Positions 38,406-51,726 of a stretch of 64,000 nt of DNA are shown in pieces (the first letter of the stretch is position 1; each line of letters starts with the position of its first letter). The notes under the pieces are model-generated. The model had not been told where the DNA came from, did no database searches, and saw only the letters and a list, made by a program, of their open reading frames with translations. Origin of the DNA: Octopus vulgaris (Eukaryota). The position numbers and the translations under genes were made by a program. Where the stretch lies: the NCBI GenBank assembly GCA_951406725.2, contig OX597827.1, positions 56,978,001-57,042,000 of the forward strand, given 5' to 3'.

Positions 38406-39010
38406 GGGTGAGATAGGTAAATTGTTGCCATTTTATATTTTTAATTTCATGCATGCACATTGTTTATTTTTGATTTTGTCAACTACACAGTATAGTAGGG
38501 TCAGTTGGGCACCACCTGTGAGAAAAACAGTACCATGACACAATTCAATCTACCAGAAATTTGGAAACGTCATGCTGTACTTCTTGATGTCCATGCCAGA
38601 AGCTCCAATATGAACATTTCAGAGTGTTTGGATGTCAATCTGAGGACAGTGCAACCTGAGGACATGTACCGAGAGTGATAAAAATCAAACATCTTGTCAA
38701 CATCATAGTGTTTGGACTGATCACTAGTGATGGCAATGTTATGCCTCCATTCATCTTCCCACATAGCCTCAGATTCAGCACAGAGGCCTACATCAAGTAC
38801 TTGGAGGAGGTAGTGCTATCCTGGGTGAAGAGGGTGGGTGCTGGGAGACCCTATATCTGGCAAAAGGACTCTGCACCCTGCCACACAAGGAGGAGAACCC
38901 AGTCATGGCTGTCAGACAATTTCTTCGACCTCATCATCGCTAACATCTGACCACCTAACAACCTGGACTGCAACCCCCTTTATTATGTGTGGGACACAGT
39001 TGAGCGACAG
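38404..39010 (+). mobile_element. Degenerate Tc1/mariner element, maT/DD37D-like
   Basis: CAGGGTG end; IVFGLITSDGNVMPPFIF..AYIKYLEEVV..GRPYIWQKDSAPCH..TQSWL..*PPNNLDCNP. Confidence 0.78.
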
Positions 39011-40174
39011 ACTTCAGTTATGCCTATTCTTGTCGGAACCTTTGATAGAGAGTATCGAAATTTTAACCCTTTTCACACTTATAAAATGTCAAGCCAACTT
39101 AAAAATTTGTCACTACCATTTTAGCCAGGAGAACAAACTGATAGCTTGGTAACCCGCTAAAATAAACAGCTTTGCAAGTTTAACTCAGCATTTATTGAAC
39201 AAGAGAGGTGCGAAATTTTAGAAGTGACTTGTTAGAATATACATGTTTTTGAGGAGACATAAACAAAAATAGTAAAAATCTACTATGCCAAAAGAACTGG
39301 TGATACATACATTGCTAGTGTTCTATGAAGAGAACATAAGATTGCTACATAATTCAACATGAATGTGAAACGATGTTAAACATTGTGTAAGCTAGATGAA
39401 GGTTTCTGTAGAAACACTAAACCATATTCACTTAGTGAGTTTACATGTGCAAGGATGAATTATGATGTTGTCATTGTCGATGTTAGATGCAGTAAGAGCT
39501 TATAGTGGTGATATTGGCAGTGGGGAATTTCATTGTGTCATAACATGGAAAAAGTGAGTAAATAGCTTCCTGGTGCAAATGTCAGCTAGATTCCCTAAGT
39601 GGAGAAAAACTGATCTATTTAAGGAAATTGCTGGGCTCTTTTGTGATAGCATGTCTTAGACTCCAAGCAATGTAAAATATGGCCCAGACTGTGATTACCA
39701 GCATGAACATCAAACTTCAAAGAGTAGTTAACCATTTAATGGTTTTAGTAAATTTATACAGAAAAAGTAAGTATTATACCATCCAGCATAAATAAAAGTT
39801 ATCTTTATTATATTTTTTCTGTAAAAACCTATTCTGACATTAAATGAGTCAACTTCCTGTATGAATGTTTACATTTGTATGTCATTTTGCAACAAAAGAT
39901 ATTTCTAAAAAAATTCTGGAAATGATCTACTCATGTAATTTATGCACCCCCTAAAGTTTATTTTTGCTTTTATGAAAAAAAGTGTGTAAATTACATGGGT
40001 TTTTACGGTATATATACATACAGGGTGGGTTAAAAGTTATGCACAAATTAGATTCAGTTTGCTGTAGAATTGTCTAAGACACGCTTCAACTATTCTAAAA
40101 TTGAATAAAATAAATAAAATAATGATGAATACACATGTACTTGATGGGCAAAATGAATAATGATGATGATGATG

Positions 40175-40222
<48 letters not shown>

Positions 40223-41208
40223 TAACAAATAAAATGCCAAATGTTTTGCTGTGTGACTTTTGGCCCACTCTTATATCCCTATATGTATCAGGCTTGTTCT
40301 TCAGTTTCTATGTATCAAATCCACTCAAAAGGCTTTTTCAGCTCAGGTTTATGGTAGAAAACACTTGCCCAAAGTGGAACCAAACCTGAAACCACTTGGT
40401 TGAGAAGTCACTTTTTTAACCACACAGCCATGGTCTTTGATATATTAGAAGGAATAATTTTGGATATATTGACCAGTGTGCCAGAAAGTTGAGGTTTCTA
40501 CATTGGTGGATTTTGTCTTTTAGCAGCTGAGTCTCATTACAATGAACATGAAACAGTAATTTTTCTCTTCAATCATGGTTTAAAATTATTGTATTAAATA
40601 AAGGCACAGGTGTGGCTGTGCAGTAAGAAGAAGGCGGCGAATTGGCAGAAACGTTAGCATTCCAGGCGAAATGCTTAGCGGTATTTCGTCTGCTGTTACG
40701 TTCTGAGTTCAAATTCTGCCGAGGTCAACTTTGCCTTTAATCCTTTCAGGGTCAATAGATTAAGTACCAATAATGTACTCGGGTTGATGTAATCGACTTA
40801 ATCCCTTTGTCTGTCCTTGTTTGTCCCCTCTATGTTTAGCTTCCCAACTACATTGTTCTGGGTTCACTGTGTGACATCTTGGGCAAATGTCTTCTACTAT
40901 AGCCGCAGGCCAACAAAAGACTTGTGAGTGGATTTGGTAGAGAGAAACTGAAAGAAGCCCTTCATATATATATATGTGTGTGCATGTCTGTTTTTGTCCT
41001 CCACCATTGCATGACACCTGATGTTGGTGTGTTTACATCTCTGTAACTTAGTGGTTTAGCAAAAGAGACCGATATAAAAAAAATATATAAGTATTTGGAT
41101 TGATTCAATTGACTGAAAAATTTCTTCGAGGGGGTGTTCCAGCATGACTGCAGTCCAAAGACTAAAACAAGTAAAAGACAGAAGACGGTAAAATTTAATA
41201 ATGATGTA

Positions 41209-41620
41209 GGCGCAGGAGTGGCTGTGTGGTAAGTAGCTTGCTAACCAACCACATCGTTCCGGGTTCAGTCCCACTGCGTGGCATCCTGGGCAAGTGTCTT
41301 CTGCTATAGCCCCGGGCCGACCAATGCCTTGTGAGTGGACTTGGTAGACAGAAACTGAAAGAAGCCTGTCGTATATATGTATATATATGTATGTATGTGT
41401 GTTTGTGTCTGTGTTTGTCCCCCTAGCATTGCTTGACAACCGATGCTGGTGTGTTTACGTCCCCGTTACTTAGCGGTTCAGCAAAAAGAGACCGATAGAA
41501 TAAGTACTGGGCTTACAAAAAGAATAAGTCCCGGGGTCGAGTTGCTCGACTAAAGGTGGTGCTCCAGCATGGCCGCAGTCAAATGACTGAAACAAGTAAA
41601 AGAAAAAGAAAGAAAAAGAA
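41209..41620 (+). mobile_element. SINE family A, full length, little diverged
   Basis: GGCGCAGGAGTGGCTGTGTGG A box, GGTTCAGTCC B box, internal TA/TG microsatellite, A-rich tail. Confidence 0.88.
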
Positions 41621-41718
41621 AAAAAAATGTAAAACTTGTTAGGAAGATATTAATTTGCATACAATTCGTTTATAAATATACAACAGTGTTAAAATTTGAA
41701 TCCATTACCATTTTAAAG

Positions 41719-41886
41719 AGACAAGAAACATTTAATTTGGTCAGTGCTGTTCTTGCCATGCAACCAAGAGTTGCTGGAGGAGAAATGAAGTCTGGAGATT
41801 CTATTGTATTGGAGTTGATTGAAAGCATTGACAAGAAAATCATACAGAAACTTGATATTGAACAAGCCAGTAAAGCTATCTTTGAA
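41719..41886 (+). CDS. DNAH6: DNAH6-like, window exon 10 (AAG acceptor, GC donor)
   Basis: ttttaaag / gcaagt; 168 nt, phase 0-0; RQETFNLVSAVLAMQPRVAGGEMKSGDSIVLELIESIDKKIIQKLDIEQASKAIFE. Frame continuity with exon 11 requires the GC donor. Confidence 0.88.
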
Positions 41887-42338
41887 GCAAGTATTATTTA
41901 AAAGAATCACTTTATATCTTTATTTCTTGTCACATATTTTGAAATATGTATTTAAATTAATACAATTCTATATATTTCTGGAATGAGGAATTTATATTAT
42001 GTCCACTATTTACATTAGTCAAACTGGTGTCCGACCATTTTGATTGTTGCTTTCACTTACAGGTGTCTTGTGTCAAAATTGGTCATTGTATCAGAATTTC
42101 AAACCTAATCCGTTACTTGATCCTAGGTTGTATACTGTTCTCATGCTGCTCTCTGCATTTTCTGACACTTTTCACTTGGGTTGATTTTGTTGCGAATTCA
42201 CCTTAGTGCTTTAACTGGGATTGATCTCAAAATCTCTAGGTGACTGCATTACATTAACCAAAACCTTTAGCCACTACACTATGTCCATAGGCAGTGACAG
42301 AGCGGATTTTTAAGGCTTGTAAACCTAATGTTTATATA

Positions 42339-42853
42339 CCGTAAATCCTTGAGTATAGTCCACCCTTGAGTATAATATGCAAGGAATTTTAAGGGGACTG
42401 TACTTCTGAAAAACCTAAACCTTGTGTATAATACACACCCCTTCTCTAACTTGAGTCAAGGAGGTCTATATAACGTCCTTGGTTTGTAAAAATGTACAAG
42501 GTAATGTCCTTTATTATTATTGTATGTATAACATAATGCAAACGTGTAGCTTTTTTGTGCATTTTGTTTGCAGAAAACAAAGAAATAACAGTAATTTAAA
42601 CGTTTAATAAATGTTGCTTACTGCAAGTTATGGATGATTCTTTTATGACTTCATTGCTTTCAGGCTTAGCTTAAGGTATTTTCGCACCTGACATCACAAA
42701 ATGCATTGGAATAAACATTGCCGGACAGCAAACAAAGACTTGGACATTGCTTAGAAAATATTTTTCATTTTTTATCTTGTATATAGTATGCACTAGGGAT
42801 TTTGACCATTAAATTTTGGGGAAAAAATGCGGATTATACATGAGGATTTACGG
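42339..42853 (+). mobile_element. Tigger/pogo-like MITE, TA TSD
   Basis: TA|CCGTAAATCCTTGAGTATA...TATACATGAGGATTTACGG|TA; strand label is arbitrary. Confidence 0.85.
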
Positions 42854-44372
42854 TAATCTATTTATTTAAATTGTTGGCTGGATTATTGCAGATTTTTGCA
42901 CACCTTTTCTTTTCTTTTTGCGGTGAGGATCAGCAAAAGCTTAGTGCGTTATTTGGTTTAATGTTATCTCTTGTCATATGAGTGCTTTTAGCAGAAGAAT
43001 TCAAACAATTGTAAACATTTGGAACTGGCTTCCAGCAGAAGGTTATCACAATCCTATCACACCAACTGCATTTTCTTGTGAATGGTATCACAAGTTTACA
43101 GAGAATGCAAGTTGGAAAACAAAATACTTTAGAGCAGAAGCCTGCAGTTTGGTAGTACAAGAGCCTAAACCTGTGGGTCATATCTCAGGAAGCTGCCCTA
43201 CCAGATGGTGCATGATCTCATATCTTTTTTTCTACCTTAGTTCATGAATAATGCTCAAAGGATCATAAGATTTTGAGGGAGCAACCCCACCCAAGGCCAC
43301 TGACATTTGATTGGGCTGCTGACATGTATTGAGGCAATGGGTTATTGTGGTATTGTGCTTTCCTCTTCCCCATCCACTAACAAATCATGCCAAAACTAGT
43401 ATGAACAAGTCTTAGTCAAAGTCTAACAAAGATCTGGACAATTCTCTTCTTCCTCTTCTCAAATGTTTGTGGACACCTTTCAATTCTGGTTTCCACACAC
43501 CCCATACTAACACATCACCTTCTAAACCTGCTCACTAGGAAATAAATCTCTCACCCTTATTTTCAAGCCCATCTCTCATATTCAGACTAAACTGTTTAAT
43601 CAGTGGTGTTTATAGCTTTATAGTGGAGGCACAATGGTCCAGTGGTTAGGGCAGCGGACTTGTGGTCGTATGATCACGATTTCGATTCCCAGCCTGGGTG
43701 TTGTGAGTGTTTATTGAGCAAAAACACCTAAAGCTCCATGAGGCTTCGGCAGGGGATGGTGACAAACTCTGCTGCACTCTTTCACCACAACTTTCTCTCA
43801 CTCTTTCTTCTTGTTTCTGTTGTACTTGTATTTCAAAGAGCCAGCCTTGTCACACACCATGTCACGCCAAATCTCCCTGAGAACTACATGTCTGAGGAGT
43901 GCTCAGCAGCCACTTGCATGTTAATTTCATGAGCATGCAGTTTTGTTGATCGGATCAACTGGAACCCTCATCATCATAATCGATGGAGTGCTACGATAGC
44001 TTTATAAAAGGAGTTGGAGGTCAGATGGTGCATTAGTTTTGGATGAAGAGGTGTGAATATCTGGTGGGTGTCTTCCTGTCAAAATCTCATGGCCTACTTA
44101 TATTTCTACAGGCTCTCTCCGGGACAAGGCGAAAGTAGTCTGGATCCACCTTGGAAAATTCCTTTTGGTGTTCCTGGTGGTGTCGGATTGCACTCTCACT
44201 GCCAATCATTTTTATCACTTGGATATCAGCAACAATGGCTTCTAGTTGCTCTGACTCAGTCACTATGCCCTACTCCCTCGAATGCATCTGCTGAACCTAC
44301 TGGTATCTGAACTCCTCTAACCAGCAACAACTCTTTCACCATATCTTTTACTACATCAAGGGTGTTCATTTC

Positions 44373-44430
<58 letters not shown>

Positions 44431-44952
44431 TTCTCTTTCTCTCAGTCAGGCAGGCAGGCAGTGTTATATATATGTATAAAAAATATAAACTGGGACAAGA
44501 ACGCAAAACATTTTGAAGACGATACAAAAAACACGGACGGGACTTTCGAAGCCTTCAATCTTCAGTCAAGAACCGGATCATCCTCGCAATTTCAGCTGAT
44601 TAATCTTGAGATTGCTCTAATTTCGCCAGCCCCAAGGAAAAACTAAGCTAAGCGCATTAGATTCCTTGGAAGAAAGCTTCGAATGTATACGCAATAAGGA
44701 CTGAAAAACGGACGATGTTACACGGTTGGAGAAAGAAAATATAAATGTAGTGGTAATTATTAGAAAGTTTCAAAGTAAAGGGAAGACAATTTCAGCCAAT
44801 CAAGTATCAGTTTCACAAAATATATTTATATATTTAGAACCAAATTTGATTTTGGTTTGCAGGCAGTAGGCTAACTATTGGTATATTTTGCTGTTATTAG
44901 ACGTCATTAGCATAGCATTTTTATATGTCTCATAATGTTTTTCTTTCAACAG

Positions 44953-45039
44953 CTCGATGAGAAAGGAAGGGTGAATTCATTAACTACAGTGTTAGGACAA
45001 GAAGTTGACCGATTCAATAAACTCCTTACAGTTATAAAG
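44953..45039 (+). CDS. DNAH6: DNAH6-like, window exon 11
   Basis: caacag / gtaaca; 87 nt, phase 0-0; [29 protein letters not shown]. Confidence 0.95.
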
Positions 45040-45130
45040 GTAACAAGCTTTCATTTTCAGTATTTTTATATTAGTGCCTTCAACAGAACAAAATGTTCCT
45101 AATTAATTGATTTCATGAAAGAAAAAACTA

Positions 45131-45696
45131 TTGGGTTATCCGGAAAGTTCGTGCCAATTTATAGCAGCTTACCTTTTGACTTATTTTAGAAGATGGTTGA
45201 GTTCATAAAATAGGATTTGACTACACCTCCATTTAGAGCACAGTTTAAGCTATCTTTTCGTAGAAGAAGGTTTATGTTCCTGTAACCTGTGTTAATTCTG
45301 TAACCCTTTAAAATGGAAGATAAGAAAGTTCATTTTCGGCACTTGATGTTTTGGGAACCAGACAAAAATTGCTGCAGCTTGGCTGGGATGTGTTACCACA
45401 CCCTCCATGTCCACCAGATATTGCTCCTTCGGATTTCCACTTATTCAGGTCTCTGCAGAATAGTCTTAATGGTAAAAATTTCAATTCCATGGATGACGTA
45501 AAAAGATACCTTGATGAATTCTTTGCCATGAAACCACCTCAATTCTGGGAAGAGGGTATTTTCAAGTTAAAGGAAAGATGGAGATGCATTGTGCAACAAA
45601 ATGGTTCATATTTGGTTGATTAAAAATCTAATGGCAAGTATTTATTGACCTTTTTCTTTCCTTTAAAAGTCGGCACAAACTTTCCGGACAACCCAA
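45131..45696 (+). mobile_element. Complete non-autonomous mariner (566 bp)
   Basis: TA TSDs and TIRs TTGGGTTRTCCGGAAAGTT; N-terminal MEDKKVHFRHLM joined out of frame to C-terminal LGWDVLPHPPCPPDIAPSDFHLF; same deletion as the 29460 copy. Confidence 0.93.
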
Positions 45697-46596
45697 TATA
45701 ATAAAACCATGTCTGCCTTCTCTTATCTTTTATGTTTTTCAGTCATTTAACTGTGGCCATGCTGGAGCACTGCTGTGAAGAATTTTAGTCAACTGAATCG
45801 ACCCCAGTGCTTATTTTTTTTCTCTTTTCTTAAGCTTGATACTTATTCTATCGGTTTCTTTTGCTGAACTGTTAAGTTACGGCGATGTCACTTAACTGTA
45901 ACCAATGCCAGTTGTCAAGGGTGACAAGGGATGAACACAGACACAAAGACACACACACAAACACGCACACACACACACACACACACACATAAATATACTA
46001 TCATCATCATCATCATCATCATCACATAATTTAATGTCTGCCTTTCACACTGGATTGGTATTTTTCCATTAATCCTGAAAGGATGAAAGGCAAAGTTTAC
46101 CTCAGCAGGATTTGATCTTACAGTGTTAAGAATTGAAACAAACATCATGAAGTTTTCTATCCAATACTCTAATAGCCATAACAATTTATTGGTGTCTTTA
46201 TTAGACATTATTAGCACCAAATTAAGACAGCCACTCTTAAGCATCATCAGCTGTAATCAATAAACAATAAATACATAGCTTGAGTTTCATCAGTGGGCTT
46301 ATTGTTCTCTTTTGCTTCAAATATTTAATATTATTTTTGTTAATATTTTAGCAGTTAACACGTTAGGGTTCATTTTGATCTGTCCAGAGCTGTTAAGCTA
46401 AATGTTAGTAATATCAACGTATGGTAATTAACATGTTGTCAACTCTAATGAAGATAATCTCTCAATCTGATTATTGCTTTATTATTGTTATTTTACTTTG
46501 CTGTCTGTCAAACTGTTGGAATATATAAAATATTGTTTGACTTAGTCTTAAAAGTAAAGCTTTGTTAGCAAAGTCTAAATACTTGTAAAGTATTTA

Positions 46597-46758
46597 GCAG
46601 GAGTAGCTGTATGGTAAGTAGCTTTCTTACCAACCACATGGTTCTGGGTTCAGTCCCACTGCATGGCACCTTGGGCAAGTGTCTTCTACTATAGCCTTGG
46701 GCCAACCAAAGCCTTGTGAGTAGATTTGGTAGACGGAAACTGAAAGAAGCCCATTGTA

Positions 46759-46857
<99 letters not shown>

Positions 46858-47761
46858 TTGTGTCTGTGTTTGTCCCCCCAACATCGCTTGACAACCGATG
46901 CTGGTGTGTTTGCATCCCTATAACTTTACAGTTCGGCAAAAGAGACCAATAGAATAAGTACTAGGCTTACAAAGAATAAGTCCTGGGGTTGATTTGCTTG
47001 ACTAAACGTGGTGCTTGGGCATGGCCACAGTCAAATGACTGAAACAAGTAAAAGAGTAAAAGGGTAAAGAGCGTATGCAGGTGTGGCTGTGTGGATAAGA
47101 AGCTTACTTCCCAACCATGTCATCTTGGGTTCAAGTTCAGTCCCACTGAATAGCACCTTGGACAAGTTTCTTTTTTTTTTTTACCATAGTCCTGGTCCAG
47201 CCATAGTCTTGTGAATGGATTGGTTGACAGAAACTGAAAGAAGCTTGTCATGAATCTTGCTTCCAAGCCACATGGTTCTGGATTCAATCCTACTTGTATG
47301 GCACTTCTGGCAAGTGTCTTCTGCTGTAGCCTCAGGCCAACCAAAGCCTTGTAAGTGCATCTGATAGACAGAAACTGAAAGAAGCCTATTGTATATCTGT
47401 GTATGTGTGTGTCTGGGTATCTTTATATCTGTGTGTGTGTGTGTCTGTGTATCTTTATATCTGTGTTTGTTCCCCGCCACTGATTGACAACTGGTGTTGG
47501 TGTGTTTATGTCCCTGTAACTTAGTGGTTCAGCAAAAGGCTGTTTCAGTCATTTGACTGTGGCCTTGCTGGAGCACCGCCTTTAGCCAAGCAAATTGACC
47601 CCAGGACTTATTCTTTGTAAGCCTAGTACTTATTCTATCGATCTCTTTTGCCGAACTGCAAAGTTACGGAGACGTAAGCACACTAGCATCGGTTGTCGAG
47701 CGATGTTGGGGGGGAGGGGGACAAACACAGACACACAAACACACAAACATGCACATACATG

Positions 47762-47821
<60 letters not shown>

Positions 47822-47990
47822 TATAAACGATAGGCTTCTTTCAGTTGCCATCTACCAAATCCACTCACAAGGCTTTGGTCAGCCCAAGGCTACAGTAGAA
47901 GACACTTGCCCAAGGTGCCATGCAGTGGGACTGAACTTGGAACCATGTGGTTGGTAAGCAAGCTACTTACCACACAGCCACTCCTACGCC
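46597..47990. mobile_element. Cluster of three SINE A copies (+, +, -)
   Basis: 46597-47071(+), 47076-47540(+), 47541-47990(-). Confidence 0.85.
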
Positions 47991-48885
47991 TTTATTACAT
48001 TTATTTACTTGATGTAAATGTATTTTATCTTTTAATAAGTGATTTCCTAATAGAACTTCATGTTTGAAATTAATTGCTAAATCAAACGATAAACAATATT
48101 TTCTAAACAAAATATTGATTGTTTTTATTAAAAAGTTTTGTTTTTTTATTGTCTTTTTATATGTTTGTTCTAAACAATCCAAGTTTACAAGCTAACTGTT
48201 AAAAGCTCTTGCATTTTAAAATTTTATTACATTTATATTCTATTATTTAATAACTATAATTTAGTGTCCCAGGTGGTGAGCTGGCAGAGCTGTTTGCACA
48301 CCAGGCAAAATGCTTAGCAGTATTTCATCTGTCTTTGTGTTCTGAGTTCAAATTCTGCCAAGGTCAACTTTACCTTTTGTTTTTTTGTACCAGTTGAGTA
48401 CTGGCATCAATGTAATCTACTCACCCTTCCCCTGAAATTGCTGGCCTTGTGCCAAAATTTGAAAGCAATAATTTAGTCACCCAGGCAGCAAGCTGGCAGG
48501 ACTGTTAGCATACTGGGCAAAATGTTTAGTGGCATTTTATCTCTCTTTATGTTCTGAGTTCAAATTCTGCGAAGTTGACTTTGTCTTCCATCCTTTCAGG
48601 GTTGATAAAATAAGTACCAGTCAAGCACTGGGGTTGATGTAATTCACTAGCACTCCCATCTGAACTTGATAGCCTTGTGTCAAAATTTGAAAACAATAAT
48701 TTAGAGAGAAGTGAGTTAGTTGTGTTTGAATGGAGGTGGTACTGTCTCACATAACGAATTTTTATTAAGCTTGTCTGCTAATTGCAACATCAGGTATTTT
48801 TAATTGCTGTTTTACTATATCAGTAGTGGTTGACTTTGTCTTACCGGGCAGTTGCTAGAGAATACTGACGACTGAAGAAGTTCAG

Positions 48886-49271
48886 ACAGGTAGAAAGAAA
48901 GAAAGAGAGAAAAGTAGATAGATAGAAAGGTAGGTAGGTATGTAGGTAGGGAGGTAGGGAGGTAAGGAGGTAAGGAGGGAGGGGGAGGAAGGTAGGTAGG
49001 GAGGGAGGGAGGAAGGTAGGCAGGTAGGTAGGTAAGGAGGGAGGTAGGTAGGTAGGTAAATTGATAGATAGATAGATAAATGCATAGATATGTTTCTTTA
49101 TTAGCCACACAGAGTTGAACACAGAGGGGACAAATTACAAAGTAGAGCTTTATTGAATGCATAGATAGATAGATAAATAGATACATAGTTAAAAAGATAG
49201 ATAGACAGATAAATAGATAGATAATTTGATAGATAGATATATCGCTAGATAAATGCATAGATAGATAAATT

Positions 49272-49348
<77 letters not shown>

Positions 49349-49350
49349 AC
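48886..49350. repeat. Compound (AGGT/AGGG/AGAT)n repeat
   Basis: Read directly. Confidence 0.92.
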
Positions 49351-49815
49351 AGGAATATCAGCAAATTGTATTCTTCATCAAGGTCGCAAGAGCTCATTAT
49401 ATAGAGGTAATGGAATCCTCATTACTTCCTGACCTCATGCATATTTTAGGGAATTGCATTTCAAATTAATCCTAACTATTCTATTTCACTATGTTGTTGT
49501 TGTTTGGCCACAGGTGAAGTCCGATTGAGTATGCCTACCTATGATCAGAGGCATTCCAAATGTAGCCATCACTTTGCATAGTAAGACTACTTCATCGAAT
49601 GTGTCCTTTCCTTGTTTAAGATATTTGGATGTGATTGAGGGAATATGGCTGCTACTTCCTTGCAGTTTCCTCTAAGATCGATGGGGATGAAGAATCGATG
49701 ATATGTGTTGGTAGTGATGCACACCATGGATTATTAGGTTTTGTGGGATGGACTTTGGGAAAAAATTAATCTCCTAGCAGTATCATGTGATAAAAACCTG
49801 ATCAGTAAACATTTA

Positions 49816-50060
49816 CACCATCATCATCATCATCATCATCATTGTCATCACCATGACCACCACTATCATTATCATCACTGCGACCACCCCCACTATCGTC
49901 ATCAGCATGATCATCACCATAACCATGACCACCATCATTATCATTATCACTGTTACCAACACAACCACCATCATCATTATTGTCATCATCATCATTATTG
50001 TCATCATCATCATTACCATCATCACTCCCCCACCACCACCACCGTCACCATCATCCTCCA
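49816..50060. repeat. Degenerate (CAT/CAC)n repeat, next to RTE-type tails
   Basis: Read directly; followed by CGTTTAACATC tail tips. Confidence 0.9.
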
Positions 50061-50744
50061 TCGTTTAACATCAGTTTTCCGTTCTGATATGGTATGGGTC
50101 TGGTTCATCATCATTATCATCATCGTTTAACATCCGTTTTCCATGCTATCATGGGTTGGATGGTTCGACTGGGGTCTTGAAAGCCAGGAGGCTGCACTAG
50201 GCTCCAGTCTAGTCTTGCAGTGTTTCTACAGCTGGATGCCTTTCCTAACACCAACCACTTCGTGAATGTAGTGGGTGCTTTTTACATGCCACCGGTTGTT
50301 TGACAAAATCCAATGCATACCAGAGAACTGCATTGAATCCCCATGTTGGTTTTTAGCCTGGTTTCTATGGCTGGATGCCCTTCCTAACACCAACCGTTTT
50401 ACTGAGTGCACTGCATGTATCTTCATGTCACTGCCATTAAGGAGTTCACCAAGTAGCCGCTCAACTGACCGGGAAACCCCAGAAATGAGATTATTTAAGA
50501 AATTAATATTTTGATATGTTGACTTAGATATATTCACTATCATTGGCTCATTCATCTTTTATGTTTTAATTTTTACTTGTTTGAATCATTAGACTGTGGC
50601 CTTGCTGGAGCACTGTCTTGAAACAAAGTCTAGTACTTATTCTATTAGTGACTTTTGCTGAATTGCTAAGTTGCGGGGATACAGGGAATATAAACACACC
50701 AACATCAGTTGTCAAGCAGTGGTGGTGCAAATACTAACACAAAG

Positions 50745-50779
<35 letters not shown>

Positions 50780-51726
50780 TATACAGTAGGCTTCCTTCAG
50801 TTTCCATTTACTAAATCCACTCACAAAGCTCTGGTCAAGCCAAGGCTATAATAAAAGATACTTACCCAATGTTCTACAGAGAGGGACTGAACCTGGAACC
50901 ATGTGGTTGGGAACCAAGCTTCTTACCACCTACAATATCATCATCATCATAATTTTAACGTCCACTCTTTCATGCTTAAATGTGCTGGATGGAATTTGTT
51001 GAGGTGGATTTTCTATGGCTGGATGCCCTTCTGTTCACCAACCTTCACCTGTTTCCAAGTAAGGTAATATTTACCAATGATTAGACGTGTTTTCCTAACT
51101 GAATGGAAATGAAGGATGCTGTTTGCATGATGGTGATATTCGTTTACAACTATCACATGATGCCAAGGCAGGGAGAAGGTAATACACACACATGTACACT
51201 CACTTACACACTCTCTCACACACACACACACATGACAGGCATCTTTTCAATTTCCATCTTCTACCAAGCCCACTCACAAGACTTTGGTCAGCCTGGTACA
51301 TTAGTAAAATAAAGATACTTACTTAAGGTGCCATGCAGTGGGATTGAACCCAGAACCATGGGATTGGAAAGTAAACTTCTTACTACACAGCCATAAGAAA
51401 TTTTCTTAGTGGCAATGTCATTGCCAGGTATGTGTTGATATATAGTTTTGTCAACCATCAACTGTGAAGAGTACTATTAACGTCCCTTCTTATTATTAGT
51501 AACAATATATTAGTGAAATAATGATAGTATATTTCACTGTTATTATGTAATTAACTCTCAATTTCTAGCTGATGAGCTCTTGATGAAGATTACTAATTTA
51601 TCGATACTGCAGTGAATCCTAAAAGAGACATTAGTGTTATTCATGTTTATATTGGTTAATTACATCAGAAGGTCTGTTGTTTGGATTTATCATTGACTAA
51701 CTGCAATTACTTGGTATTGCTTATGT

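Noticed and set aside
41887-41901. Dynein pseudogene or truncation at the TAA after exon 10
   Set aside because: A GC donor restores the frame and all 13 exons are open and phase-compatible.
42978-43247. 89-aa ORF as a nested gene
   Set aside because: FSRRIQTIVNIWNWLPAE resembles the decayed C-terminus of a CR1/L2-type RT; too degraded to call.
49741-50130. His-rich 129-aa ORF
   Set aside because: Translation of a (CAT)n microsatellite with no splice or homology support.
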